Notes: generated by a model from the letters alone, not told the origin. DNA of 64,000 bases from Eledone cirrhosa (GCA_964016885.1 OZ024740.1:386322001-386386000), one strand, 5' to 3'; counted from the stretch's first letter, positions 41,586 through 54,755 are shown. Program-made: numbers and translations.

Positions 41586-42873
41586 TATGGATGACCGCTG
41601 CTTTCATTTAGAAAATTTAGCGTGGCCCAGGGTCTATGGTAAGCATGGTGTTGGCAAGATGAATTTAAACGAAATGTTACTTCTTTTTCTTTCTATTGAC
41701 TTTAAAATTTCCGTCACTGACATTGTGTTTCAACAAAAAGATAATTATTAAACAACATAATGTCACCCTCGGTAAAAACATAGCGACAATTGATTATGTC
41801 CGCCAGCGTGGCAGAAATATAGTCACGACCACAATGTCATATAGAAATACAGAATGCTGATCTGATTGGTAACGCAGTGAGGTTTTTGTAAAAGGAAACA
41901 CCAAGACTGGTTTTATGTAAACGATACTAACATTAACAATGTGGTGAACACTATACATTGAATCTCACAAGTTGGGGATGATAGCTAATAGGACGTCTTC
42001 CTCTAAAAAATATTATCAAGTGCACAACCCAATCTAAGATTAATGAAAGGTGTTTTGTGGCGAAATAGCAATAGAAATGCACGAAGCAGCAGTCGCCTAT
42101 AATATGAAATCTATTTATGAAGGTCTAAAAACTGTCTATAGTCCAAAACTAAATAGTTCCTCGTTTATGCTTTCGTGGATGGCTCAGAGTTACTCATAGA
42201 TCGGAACAGTATCCATAAAAGATGAACATTTTAATGACCTGGTAAATCATGGGTCTGTTGTTGGTGACGTAGTAAAATCTTGGTCCCATGGAGATCTATT
42301 TCTAAGGGGCTCGGTTGATAAGGTTTAAAAGGCCGTTAAACATGTCCTATATCAAAGCACAAGGCCAAGACTAAATACACTTCAAGATTTACAAATTTGG
42401 TGGCTGCACATTGTTGAAAAACTCACTAAACTTTTCTGTGATCTGGACTTGGGATATGGTCCCCCGACAGTATAAGAATAATCCCATTGTTCATTAGTAC
42501 AGGGTTTCTCAGTTCTTTGAGGACACGTCTTATAATAGCTCTAATTTTTTTCTAACTTGTTCTGATAATAATTTTCTTTCAGAAATGATATTAGATATCA
42601 TGTTAACTCAGCAAATGAAAAGGCACATTGTAATCGTTGCCTTAAAGACAGAGTATAGTGATTTCGAGACTGCTCACTTCCTGAAAGTTGCACGGTCGTT
42701 TGTTGTCAAAGTTCGCAAAGAGCTGGAACCCGCTGGCGAGGATTCTACAGCAGTAGCCAAACGTTAGACGCTTGCTAATGGTCTTAATGCCATCAAAACG
42801 CCCAAATGTGTACAAAAAGTGCAGAAAATTATCGATAAGAATCACAGAAAGTCAATTAGTGCCATTATTAAGG

Positions 42874-43058
42874 GCGGTGGATTGGCAGTATTGGGAGAGG
42901 GTCGGACGCCATGCTTTGACGTATAGAGTTACGGCCCTTGCCATTCTGAGTTCAAATCCCGCCGAGGTTAACTTTGCCTTTCATCCTTACGGGGTCGATA
43001 AAATAAAGTACCAGTAATGCACTGGGTAATTGCTGGCCTTGTGCCTAACGTAGAAACA
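42874..43058 (+). mobile_element. SINE family A inside the transposase
   Basis: TSD attattaagg at 42864-42873 and 43059-43068. Confidence 0.92.
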
Positions 43059-43788
43059 ATTATTAAGGAGCTTAAGGTTTCGATGCATACTATTGGAAGA
43101 ATTGTGCATGAGAGAGGGCAATTCATGTCTCCAAAGACAAAAGATAACTATCTGATCCGTGCAAAGCATTTGTTGAGTAAATTGAAACATCACCAGCCTG
43201 GAATGCTTTGATTTTTCTCTGATGAGTAAAACTTTGATCAGGATCAAAAGGTGAATCGAATGATTGACAGATTATATAAAGATCCTAAAGACGTTTCAAT
43301 GCACACAACGTTTCCAGCGACTGAGATGGTTGTGGGAGTCGTGGGCAACGAATATGTCATTCCTTCTCACTTCTTTCTCTCGGGGATAAGGGTCAATGCT
43401 GCTGACTATAAGGAGCTGTTGGGGTGGGGGGCCGTGGATAGAGAGCGCAAGCAAAGGGAAACCGTACACCTACAAACAAGACTCTGCGTCGTCCCATAAG
43501 GCCAAGACAACCCAAGAATGGATGAGCTACAATCTCCACCACCACGCCCCCGCTATATATATGGCCTTCTAGCTCTGCAGACCTGAATCCGTTGGATTAC
43601 TGTGGATGGGGCATAATCGTGAGAGAAGTCAATCAACGCCCCCATGACACTATAAAAAATTTCTGAAATCTGCCATAACTAGCACAATGTCCAAAATAGA
43701 TAAAGACGATCTGATTTGGTCATATCAACGTTTCGGATCTCCTATTGAAGCAGTTATCTATGCTAACCACGGATTCTTGGAATAGATA

Positions 43789-44925
43789 GATTTCTATTTA
43801 TTGCCACTAGGGCGCAAAAGAAGGGGACAAATACAAGGGGGGAGTTTACACAAAAAGGCGAGTAAAGAAAACAAATAACAAATATAAAATTAACAATAAA
43901 GTCCTCAATAGGGAGGGGGCGTTTGGGGGGTCGCACCCCCCCCCCCCAAAAAAAAGTGTATAACCCCTTCTCCTCAGGAGCACAGAGAGAGGCTGCTCCC
44001 TCCTACCTTCCTCTTTTCCACCTACAGGCTGATGTAGAGAGAAGGCCCATTCACACGGGCCATTCTCGCCACTTTCACCCACCTTTCATAAAAACAACTG
44101 GGGTTGAGCATCTCTCTCTCCATCTTGATCCTTCTTCCGAAATGATATCGTAAGAAACGGATCAGTTGTTGGCCAGAGAGAAAGGTGCCTGACCTGAGTC
44201 CTTTCAGACGCGTCCACCATACAACCTCTTTCACCATGGCTATTACGCACAGAAACACCGCCTCTCCTTCGTTTTTGAAGGGGGGAGGCGGCTTAATCGT
44301 TACAATGGCCTCGGTTATCAACCGTATCGGTCCCACCCGTGATAGCAGTCGTTCGACATAGCCCCACAGATCGGCTACGCCCGAACAGTGTACCAATGCG
44401 TGTGCAACGGTTTCCTCGTCGCACACGCATCTGGGACAGATCTTTTTGGCGGGGTCCCTACCCGGGCGCTCGTGTCTGTAGAGCTTTTCTCGAACGGGTA
44501 GAGCCCCTCGGTAGCACTGCCAGGCCAGGGACTTCTGGAAGTTGTCCATAGGTCCCGGGCTGAATGTCCTACCGAACAGGCTGGCCAGTTCGTCTTCCTC
44601 CATGTCTAGGGCTTCTCCGAGGGCGTCGTCGCACCTGCTGCGTACCAGCCCTCTATAGAATGTCGCGGTGGAGTCTCCACTGATAACCGGGTCCGTCTGC
44701 TAGAGGGCCGTGAGCGCCTGGGCACACTCAGTGTGCCAGGCGCCCAGTTTTCTCGGTCTTTGCTTGACCCAGGATTGTAGCTCGGTGAGTGAGACGAGTC
44801 TGGGAAAGGTTCGTCTCACAAACGGGGACCACACCGGTTGACTGGTGAGGAATACGTGGAGGTGCCGTAGCCTTAATGCGTGTTTACGCATCATTAGCCA
44901 CGGCATCCCCAGCCCTCCTTTCGAA
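43789..44925 (-). mobile_element. 5'-truncated L1/Tx1-clade LINE (ORF2 C-terminus, 3'UTR, (ATCT)n tail)
   Basis: GGLGMPWL and CPRC..EETVAHALVHC (zf-RVT-like). Same family as 49560-54140. TSD ggaatagata at 43779-43788 and 44926-44935. Confidence 0.92.
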
Positions 44926-46422
44926 GGAATAGATACATCGAGAGAAGTCTCAAGATTATTCATGCCAATTTTTTTTTCAAATAAAATTCTTCTTTCATGC
45001 AAACGTCCTCAAAGAACTGAGCAATCGTGTATGAAAAGAAAGACAAAGAGCGAGAACTGCAATCACCGTGGAATTATACTATTCTCAATTGTTGGGAAAA
45101 TACTCGTACGCGTTATTTTAAATAGAATCAACAAACAGCATTATACCCTGGATCCCAACGTGGCTTTCGCACTGGACGTAGTGCTATGTATGATTTTTAC
45201 ACGAAAGCAAGTTCGGGGAAAAGATCAAGAATATGATAAGGAACTCTAAATGTTCTTTAAAGATCTGAGAAAAGTGTTTGGTACTGTATCCAGGGAGGCA
45301 TTATGGACAGTTCCGTCATAAGTAGACATTTTGAATAAGATGAAAAACGTCATTATTTTCTTTCATTATAACATGATGGTGATAGTAATTTTTCTTATAG
45401 TCCATGTTATCATCCTTTCCATGTTTCAAATGAATCTAAACGTGGCTGCGTTCTTGCTCCAGTCTTATTTGTCCTCATTTTTTTTCTAACGACCAAGTGT
45501 GTATTTAATGATTTTGATGGTGTCCTGTTTTACTCCAACCAGACCCGTTTTGGTGCTCAAGTTGGAGTGGGGGGGGGGGGTTAGACCATTCCAGGTGGGC
45601 ATTTTAATTCGCAAGGAACGTATTTTAGTACGTTTCTTGAAAAATAAACTCAATTTTCTAAATCTGAAGGTGAACCCCACCTCCCGCCCCTGCTGCAGGC
45701 ATGGCTCCTACGAAGTTCTAATGCACAACAGTTTAATACAAATACTAAAACTAGATTTCAACTCAAACGAGAGTTTGTTTGTTTGTTTTGTTTTGTTTTG
45801 TTTTTGTTTTTTGCAAATCATTGTGCACTTGTTACTCATTCATTGGAAGAGATGCAGGATCTAATAAATAGATTATCTAAGACATGTAATGCTTTTGGTC
45901 TTGCCATTATCATCACGAACAAACTCAATTTGTTCTTCAGCTCAGAAGAAATACATCAGAGTCGAGTTCTATAATAAAAATCGATGATAACCCAATAAAG
46001 ACAATCATTCTATTTTTGCTATCTTGGCTCTACGGTAACATTAAATGCCAAAATTGATAGCGAAATTGCTCAGTGTATTGGAAAAGCCAGCACTTATTTT
46101 GAAAAATTATCTCAACGCCTCCAGAAAAATCGTGATGTTTCACGTAGGACGAAAATCCAGGTTTATCGTGCTGTAGTTAACCCAACATCAACGATAGCGT
46201 TGAAAAACTTGACATAAGTCGCATTGAAAAATTCTAGTTCCGTACACAAATGCACTGTGTAGAGCACGTCATTTGTATGAAAGGTATTGGAATTCCTTTA
46301 TACTTCTCTACTGGCAATTTTAAAATATCCCCGTTTATCAACGTTTTCCCACTTCTATCCTTTGTTAGTGAGCTGTTCACGACAGAAGAGAGCCCATCCT
46401 ACAAACAGACACATCCTACAAA

Positions 46423-46770
46423 CGGTGGATTGGCAGTATCAGTAGAAGGGTCGGACGCCATACTTTGCAGCATAGAGTTACGCCCCTTTATGGTCTGAGT
46501 TGAAATCCTGCCTTTCATCCTTACAGGGTCGATAGAATAAAGTACCAGTAATGCACTGGGATAATTGCTGGCCTTGTGCCAAGTATAGAAATTGGCAGTA
46601 TCGGTAGAGGGTCGGACGCCATGCTTTTCAGCATAGAGTTACGGCCCTTTACGATCTGAGTTCAAATCCCGCTGAGGTAAACTTTGCCTTTCATTGCGGG
46701 GTCGATAGAATAAAGTACCAGTAATGCACTGAGATAATTGCTGGCCTTGTGCCAAATATAGAAACAATTA
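46423..46770 (+). mobile_element. Head-to-tail dimer of SINE family A
   Basis: Two consecutive units at 46423-46590 and 46591-46770. Confidence 0.9.
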
Positions 46771-47853
46771 TTTTATATTATATTACTGAGTATACTCTTT
46801 GTTGCTACTCCGAGCTTTGCGGATTGCCACTGAAATAAACTGGAATATAGTATTCTCTGCTTTGGTATTGAGCACCTTTTCCTCATGTTTGTAAACCCAA
46901 TCAGTGAATAAGGTCTAGGATCTTGTCGATCGACTCTGTGTGTGTGTTATATGAGTGCCGTTTTCAAATGAATGAATCACTATGTGCTCTGAAGGGAATT
47001 ATCGATCCACGTGACATTGCTATCGTTGAGCAGTTATATAAAAAGCAAGATTGGATAATTGTGTTGGCCTATGTGCCTCTGGCATCAAATCAATCTAAAT
47101 CCTCCGCTGTAATTCACTCCCGGCACCATAACTTGACCGGTTGAGTTGTTTTTGATTGACCGGGCGAGCTGTTGCTATTTTTAGCATTCTCCCACCAAAT
47201 ACCCTGAAAACCCTTTTCTTATCAGATAACTGTTGAAGACTCGTTGACAGGAGAATTTCGGCTATTAGTAAGACTATCTATTGATAAGTACCTCGCATTC
47301 CTATAGTCAATTTCCAATAGTCAATTTTCAATACTTGTGGCTGGCAAGTTTTTTCGAAGGTCGAAACAAAAACAAATGTGGTCCAAGTGATGGAAGTATA
47401 AGTATCTCAACTCTGTCTTAGTTAAACTGTCTTAGAGACGGTGAGGTATTGTAACAGCATGCTGCTTCGTTCCTCTCTGGGTCAAATACATAAACGCACA
47501 CTTTTTTCTTCTGTTTGTTCTTTGTTTGTTTCCTTAAAGTTTACCATCATTCCGTTGGTATACATCTATTACGCAATTTACAACTGAAGATGTCACCGGT
47601 TTCTTACACAACCTGGCCTCTGAAATGTGCATAGTGTTTGCAGAAATAAATAATTAAGGAAATTCAACATATTTGGCCTCCTGTTATTTCACTTTATAAT
47701 ACATTTACTCCGTTCCCGCACCTCCAGCATGATTCAACATCAAAGATGGATGAGTTGCATAACGTCGAGTGCTTTTCAAATATTACGTCATGATTAAAAT
47801 TGCAGAATGACCAATTACCAATTCTACCCAGAGGTAAACCACTAAATTTAAAC

Positions 47854-47910
<57 letters not shown>

Positions 47911-47911
<1 letters not shown>

Positions 47912-47988
47912 GGAAAAAATGAAACGAAATTTCATTTCTCACTCTTAGTACTAAGAGTGAGAAATGAAATTTCGTTTCATTTTTTCCG
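47911..47988. repeat. Perfect 78-bp palindrome next to (TA)n
   Basis: cggaaaaaatgaaacg...cttagtactaag...cgtttcattttttccg, with no spacer. Confidence 0.97.
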
Positions 47989-48085
47989 ATTAACTCACTC
48001 GATATGCAAATTAGGCTGCTCAGCCGTTAATATGCATAAGGAAAGTATATACTTTCAGACGTTCAATCTTCTGGCAGGAAGGTAT

Positions 48086-48128
48086 ACGTTGCTGACGATA
48101 GCTAATAAGCTTGAAACTAGTGCAGCGT
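48086..48128 (+). ncRNA. Minimal type I hammerhead motif with a non-canonical GUG site
   Basis: acguug-CUGACGA-uagcu aaua agcuu-GAAA-CUAG-UG-cagcgu. Confidence 0.55.
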
Positions 48129-48335
48129 GATTTTGTCAGTGTTGAACAAATGAGCAACGATGGTTGCTAGACACTGTACGGCTTAATTCGGGATGTTTGT
48201 TTACAAACACACCGAGCATTATAATAAATGTTCGGTGAATCCATACGTACATATATATATATATATGTACATGTATGTGTATATATATACATACTATTGT
48301 ACGTCTGTATACATATATGTATGTACGTATACATA

Positions 48336-48383
<48 letters not shown>

Positions 48384-48390
48384 TATACAT

Positions 48391-48690
48391 ATATGAATGT
48401 GTATTTTGCAATACATTGTATGCTTAATTAAAAGCATTTCGAAGACCTTACGCTATTGTTTTAGAGTAGTGACAATCTCACTTACTTCAATTTTCAGCAA
48501 ACAGGGGAGATAAAGCTGACAGAGCTCTGTTTCGCACTTTGTGGTGCTTATCAAAGCTAACTACTCCGCCTGTTTGCTGAAAATTATGAATGTTTGATTC
48601 TTATAGAATTCCAGTAATAACCAGGAACTGATTATACAGAGCGGTTGCCGGTCAAGCAGAAATTAAAAATTAGAATTGGTGTTCAGAGCA
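48391..48690 (-). mobile_element. ~300-bp HHR-containing retrozyme/pLTR-like unit between (TA)n tracts
   Basis: Inverted homolog of 55016-55390. Confidence 0.8.
48489..48585 (-). ncRNA. Type I hammerhead, U3:A8 core
   Basis: agcu-UUGAUAA-gcac cacaaa gugc-GAAA-cag agcu cug-UC-agcu, with a long bulged stem I (cagcaaacagg/ccuguuugcug). Confidence 0.85.
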
Positions 48691-48796
48691 CATAATATAT
48701 ATATATATTGAAATACCAATGATCGTTGGCAAATCACTGATGAGGGACTCATTTTATAACATGTAATCCATGTGCAACCATGCAGTATTCTTCTCC

Positions 48797-48872
<76 letters not shown>

Positions 48873-49007
48873 GAAAGTGAGGTTTTTTTACAAAATGAAA
48901 AATAACCGACGTGTCCTACACGAGTGAAAGTATAAAGAAAAAAAAGCTGAAATCGAAAATGCAACTGGAGTCTTATTTTAAAAAATATATATATATTTAT
49001 TTGGTTC

Positions 49008-49043
49008 CTTTACCGGTTTCGCATTTCTTCTGCTTTTCAAAAG
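49008..49043 (-). ncRNA. Minimal hammerhead, UUGAAAA core (left arm)
   Basis: Exact mirror of 49121-49156. Confidence 0.65.
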
Positions 49044-49120
49044 TAGAGTTGAGATGGAGGGTCTGTGGTTTTTCTCGCATCAGATGTGAGAAAAACCACA
49101 GACCCTCCATCTCAACTCTA

Positions 49121-49156
49121 CTTTTGAAAAGCAGAAGAAATGCGAAACCGGTAAAG
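49121..49156 (+). ncRNA. Minimal hammerhead, UUGAAAA core (right arm)
   Basis: cuu-UUGAAAA-gca gaagaaa ugc-GAAA-CCGG-UA-aag. Confidence 0.65.
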
Positions 49157-49220
49157 GAACCAAATAAATATATATATATTTTTTTAAACAAGACTCCAGT
49201 TGCATTTTCGAATTCGTCTT

Positions 49221-49251
<31 letters not shown>

Positions 49252-49370
49252 GAGAATTATAAACTCAAATATAAACTCAATCTAGCTAACTTGGTCATTT
49301 GCAATACAAACACTTATATACTTGTATTAGTGTTTATCCCTATCATATATTTATTTGTATATATATATAT

Positions 49371-49425
<55 letters not shown>

Positions 49426-49559
49426 TGGCTTGGTGTTTGAGTGTTCAATGCGCGCTCGTAAAGTCGTAGATCCAATTCTCGGCGGTGTATTGTGTTTTTG
49501 AGCACGACGCTTTATTTCATATTTTCCAGGTGTATTTAGGTGTATTTCAAAAGTCACCG

Positions 49560-52500
49560 TTATCACACAATGTCTCAAAAGGAATCTCTTTGAGAATTAT
49601 GTTAAGGGTACACATATCTATGGAATAGTCAACCACTGGCACTTTAATTTCATGAGCAGGCTGTCCACTGGCACACTCATCGTTAGAACAAACGGAGGTC
49701 CTTAATACAACATAGTCTTGGGTTGCCCAACGTTTTATGTATGAGATTTGGTAAACGAAAACTGCGTAGAAGCTCTTCGTATATACTTAAATATCTATCC
49801 CCAACGTGTGCCTCTGGATGGAATTTCGCACATAAACATTTCTGTTGAGAGTAGGCGGCCTTCATGTTACCACTGTTTAAGCAGTGGTCACCTGAAGGCT
49901 TACTGTCCTCAGTTAACTAAAAAAAAAAAGAGGCACTACTGCCAACACCCAAAACAACAACACAACCACCACCACCACCACCACCACCACCACCACCACA
50001 ACAACAACAACAACAACACGCAAACACAACCAGAACAAGAACAACAAACCAACCTGCAAGCACAGTCCCACCCAACCCCACTCCATCTAAAACCACTGCA
50101 AAAACACCCACAAACACAACAGCTCCCCAAAACATACCCCTTCCAAATAACACAGACACCACAACGGACGAGGGCCCCATATCATCACCAAGTGACGATG
50201 AGGGAGAGCCTTTCCGTTCGAAAAGAAAGAAGAAAAGACACCACAAGAACAAAAAAACAACAAACATCACTACAAACATACAACCACCAACACAAACAAC
50301 ACAAACATTACAAACAAAAACCCCCCGTCCCGAAAACAAAACCACGACAACACTCCAAACACAAACACCTACAACAAAACGAAAGCTCCCACAAGAACAA
50401 CAGACAAAAACCACCGCAACACAACAAGAACATTACACATACATAAACAGTAGAAACAAAACTTTAATGGAGGTCATCTCCAACGACCCTTCGGTTTTCA
50501 CCGAAGGGAAAACTTTTTCGAACTGTGTAGACAAACCTAATTTAAAGATGATTAGGGTCCCTACGGACACCTATAGGTCTTTAAAGGAAAACTTTCCTAA
50601 GGACGTAGGTAATCTTTGGGTTAAACCCATTAACCGCGTCCTTTTAAAAAGTTTCCCCACCCTCACCCCAGACACACCCACCCCAGACACCCCCAACCCA
50701 CCCCGCCGGAAACCACCATACACCCAGACATCTCCTCTAACACCCCCATGGAAAGCGTGCGGCCTGATCCCCGGGAGACGAAGAGGTGAGTGTTTTCTTC
50801 TCCTCTTTTAACTTTTCAGAACCAACATGGCCAATATAAGAGTTGGGTGTGTGAATGTACGCGGCCTGGGGATGCCTGGAAACAGGGCAAACTCTTAAAC
50901 GACCTCAGGTCGCACAGTATGGATGTAGTAGCCATTTGCGAGTCCAGGATCCACAGCGAGCGACAGCTGGCCCCCATCTTCGATGACTTTGAGATCTACG
51001 CATCTCTCTGTCAGCCGGGGGGTGGGGGCGGAGTTGCCGTTTTGCTGCGGAAACACCTGGACCTCGTAACACAGATGGTACATTTGGACACGGAGGGTCG
51101 ACTGGTGGTCTGAGACGTTGACGGTAGTGAAGGTGGAGCCTTCAGGCTGGTGGCCGCATATACCCCATCCGGGACACCACGGCTAGACTTCTTCAAACGT
51201 CTAGAGACTTTTCTGGGAACGTGTCGCTCCTTGCTTTTAGTGGGGGACTGGAATGGATCCTAGATGCACGTTGGGACTATGTGGGAGCATGTCGCGATAA
51301 AGGGGGGTGTAACATCCTCAAACAGTTAATCGGCCGATTTGACCTGGCCGATAGATATCGACTAGATTTTCCGACTGTGCCACTGTGGACGTGGACTAAT
51401 CTTAGCGGAACATCTAGATCGTACCTAGATAGGGTTCTAGTTAGAAATAAGGATAGGGACATGTTAAGCTGTCCACAAATGTTCATGGTTGCCTATTCAG
51501 ATCATAAACTAGTGACCTGCATGGTCAACCCTTGATAGAACCCATAGACAAGGACCCGGCTACTGGAAGCTGAACTTGTCGTTACCGACATGCAAAGCAT
51601 ACAGTAGACGGATTAGCACTTTAGTTAAACAGCACTTGACAGGGGCCATTGTCAACAACAGATGGTGGTACTCTCTCAAGAGGGCAGTTAGATTAGACTC
51701 GTTAGTTTTTAGTAAAGAATTAGCGTTAGATAGAAATAGAACCGAGAAAGAACTGGTAGATAAAGTAGAAGAGGCAATTAAAAGTGGGAACGTAGCCAGC
51801 GTGCTAGCAACGAGAACGGCCCTGGACCAGTTCTTTGACGCAAAGCATGAGGGCTGCGTTGTCAGAAGCAAAATACGTGCTCTGGGAAACGAGGGAGCCA
51901 AAGCTGTTAGCTGGGCCCGGGTGACGGAGGCAAAAAGTGGCAACAAGTCCAAGATTCGGTCTTTGAAGGACAAAAACGGACGCGTGATACGTGAGCCTAA
52001 GCAGATGTGTGCGGCCTTTCAGCGTCACTTTGCTCAGCTGTTCGGGCAGGGCGGCGCGTCGGGAGGGGCTATGGATTTCGGTCCATACCTCGACGGCCTA
52101 CCGCGACTCTCGGACAGCGAGGTAAAGTTTTGCGAAAAGCCGATTTCAGCCGCTGAGATAGAGGACGCGCGGAGCCAATGCGGCAAACGCAAATATCCAG
52201 GTTTCGACGGTCTACCCTACGAATTTTACGTAGCAATACCGGACTTATTCTCCGGTCTCCTGCAACTGGCAACAGAACGGGAGAATTCCCAGTTCTGTGA
52301 CCGGGGGCGTAGTCACACTAGTCAGGAAGGACGAGAATAAGGGGGATGACATAGGCAACTTCCGGCCCATAACTCTGCTAAACCAAGAGTTACAGATTTT
52401 GGCCAAGGTATTGGCAAAGAGGCTGGCGCTTGTCGTCGAGAACCTGGTGGGAGAAGCGCAGACATGCGTAATCCCGACCAGGTCCATTCACGACAACCTC

Positions 52501-54140
52501 CATCTCATGCGATATATAATAGAGAGGGTGGAGCCCTGATCAACTTGGATCAGTCTAAGGCTTTCGATAGGGTTGACCATCGTTACCTGGATGCGGTGCT
52601 CGAGGCGGCAGGCTTCGGACCCGTGTTCAGGGGCTGGATTGCTGCAATGCATAACAGCAACATCTGCTCAAGGGTTAAGGTGAACGGCTACATCTCGGAG
52701 CCGTTCCATATCACGCGATCAATTCGACAGGGATGCCCTCTCTCCTCCCTTCTGTACGTATTGACTCTCGAGCCACTACTGCGGAAGTTGGAGCTATTGC
52801 AGGGCATCCCTCTGGAACCGGGACTGCGGAAAGCGGCGTCGGCCTACGCCGACGACGTGACAGTAATGGTGTCGAGCGCCTCGCAAATAGAGGAAGTCGG
52901 CACCTTACTGAAGGAATACGAAAGGTTCACAGGAGCGAAGCTGAACCGGGACAAGTCCATCGGTTTGCAACTTGGATCGTGGAGAGGCAAACCGATGCCT
53001 TCCGATGGCGTCGTCGGACGCTGGACGGAAGGACCAGTAAAGCTCCTTGGGGTCTGGTTTGGTCCGGACCTCCAGGTGGAGAAGAACTGGAACGAGGCGT
53101 CGGCCAAGGTGTTTGCACTCACCCAGAAGTGGGCCGAGTGCAAACTATCCTTGAAAGGTCGAGCGGAGGTGGCGAACACTTTTATAGCGTCCGCCATCTA
53201 CTACCGCTTGACCGTCGTGCCTTGTCCAGCCAAAACGCTCACCAAAATGGAGCGCGTGCTCTTCCAATTCCTTTGGAAGAGGCGGGCTCCTTTGGTGAGA
53301 AGATCCATCTGCTGCCAACACCCTTCTAACGGAGGGCTGGGGATGCCGTGGTTGACGATGCGTAAACACGCGCTCAGGCTGCGGCATCTCTACGCATTCC
53401 TCACCGGACAACTGGTGTGGGCCCCGTTCGTGAGGCGAGCCTTCCCACGACTCGTCTCGCTGACCGAGCTCCAGTCCTAGGTCAAGCAAAGACCGAGGAA
53501 AATGGGCGACTAGCACATCGAATGTGCTCAGGCGCTCACAGCCCTCTGGCAGGCGGACCCGGCGATCAGTGGAGACTCAACTTCGTCATTCTATAGAGGG
53601 TTGATCCGCAGCAAGTGTGACGACGTGCTCGGTGAAACTGGGCGTAGAGGAAGACGAACTGGCCAGTCTGTTCGGTAGGACCTTCCGCCCGGGACCGATG
53701 GACAACTTCCAAAAGTCCCTGGCCTGGCAGTGCTACCGAGGAGCTCTACCAGTTCGAGACAAGCTCTACAGACATGGGCAGAATCAGGATGGAGAGAGAG
53801 GTGCTGTACCCCAGCAAGTTTTATGAAATGTGGGTGTAAGTGGCGAGAATGGCCCGAGCGAATGGGCCTTCTCTCTATATCAGCCTGTAGGTTGAGGAAA
53901 AAGAGGAGGAGAGGAGAAGAGTACAAACTCTTCGTACTCCTGGAGATGAGGGTTGCACATTTTTGGGGGGGGTATGTGTTACCCATATGAAATGTCTCCC
54001 CCTAATTGGGGAAAATCAACTAATTTTTAAATTACATTTGTGATAATATTTTACACGTTTTTATTGTATGTAAACTTCTCCCTTTGTATTTGTCCCCTTC
54101 TTTTGTGCCCCTGTGGCTAATAAAGAAACACATCTATCTA
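49560..54140 (+). mobile_element. Near full-length L1/Tx1-clade LINE
   Basis: ORF1 remnant with CCHC knuckle CYHCLSSGHLKAYC, then ORF2. The 3'UTR has AATAAA and an atct tail. The 5' end is uncertain. Confidence 0.92.
50827..53890 (+). pseudogene. Disrupted ORF2 (APE endonuclease plus reverse transcriptase)
   Basis: MANIRVGCVNVRGL, GDWN, YLDR, SDH, GYWKLN, NFRPITLLN, LDQSKAFDRV, RQGCPLS and AYADD. Several stops and frameshifts; the zinc finger is deleted at ~53780 relative to the 44-kb copy. Confidence 0.92.
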
Positions 54141-54350
54141 CACACACATATAAATAGATTCCCGAGTGGTGTCGAGGTGGGATAATCACAGTTAAAAAAG
54201 GTACTCAATACATTGGTAGAGTATAGGCATATTTATTATATACATAAAAATGACTTCTACAAGAGTAGAACTATTTCATTCGTATGAAATCATCAAGGAT
54301 GAAACAGTTCTAAATATATATGTGAATGAGGTTTTGGGTTGCTTGGTTAA

Positions 54351-54440
54351 CACGTCTGATGAGCAGATGAAGCTGGAGTTGGATGTATAAACATTTACAT
54401 GAATCCTGAGCCACCTATCTGTGAAATGGTCGTAACAGTG
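54351..54440 (+). ncRNA. Type I hammerhead motif with long stem II
   Basis: cacgu-CUGAUGA-gcagau...aucugu-GAAA-U-GGUC-GUA-acagug, followed by AAUAAA. Confidence 0.65.
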
Positions 54441-54755
54441 CATAATCAATAAAGTGAAACCTCATTTCGTTCTTTATATATATAATATATATAATTCTCA
54501 CAACCAATCTTGATTGGTTTGTACATGTTACGATGAAAGTTGAGGAAACCAATGGTTGTATTCACTTGTGGCGATGCGATATTGAGTTTCGTATCATTGT
54601 TGATGTCTATAAGATTATAGGTCAGATGATGCGACCACTTGAGAACATAGAAACGGTTTTACCACACACACACACACATATGTATGATCCCGTGACTCCC
54701 GATAGAGCGTTTCTCGGGCATTTTTAAGCCTGGTGAAGCCTATCCCTCTCCAGGC

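Larger units (their letters stand above)
42500..45029 (+). mobile_element. Tc1/mariner DD37D (maT-type) transposon with pseudogenised transposase
   Basis: TA TSDs at 42498 and 45030. Imperfect TIRs share ctcagttctttgaggac. Motifs FFSDE, QDSASSH and WPSSSADLNPLDY, with 37 residues between the 2nd and 3rd D after a 1-nt frameshift. Confidence 0.85.
41860..46300 (+). mobile_element. Decayed RTE LINE hosting nested insertions
   Basis: RT motifs resume across the transposon: PIVH.Y | ENCNHRGIILFSIVGK, GCVLAPVLF, FANHCALVTHSLEEMQ, FCYLGS. Confidence 0.8.
48880..49211 (-). mobile_element. HHR-containing short element with a 259-bp fold-back (48953-49211)
   Basis: Arms are symmetric about 49082 with few mismatches. 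An unfolded copy lies at 57260-57455. Confidence 0.85.

Noticed and set aside
47584-47640. CUGAAGA...GAAAUGUGCAUA hammerhead-like motif
   Set aside because: Stem I does not pair and the base of stem II is mismatched. At best a decayed copy, so it was not counted.
48735-48800. CTGATGAGGG core start
   Set aside because: No matching stem II' or GAAA before the TA tract.
37364-49578. Many 60-110 aa ORFs rich in YI, CV or LS repeats
   Set aside because: They are translations of (TA)n, (TG)n and (GA)n microsatellites or of palindromes.
49917-50414. 165-aa hydrophobic Val/Gly/Cys ORF on the minus strand
   Set aside because: Antisense shadow of the CA-rich low-complexity part of the Tx1 ORF1.
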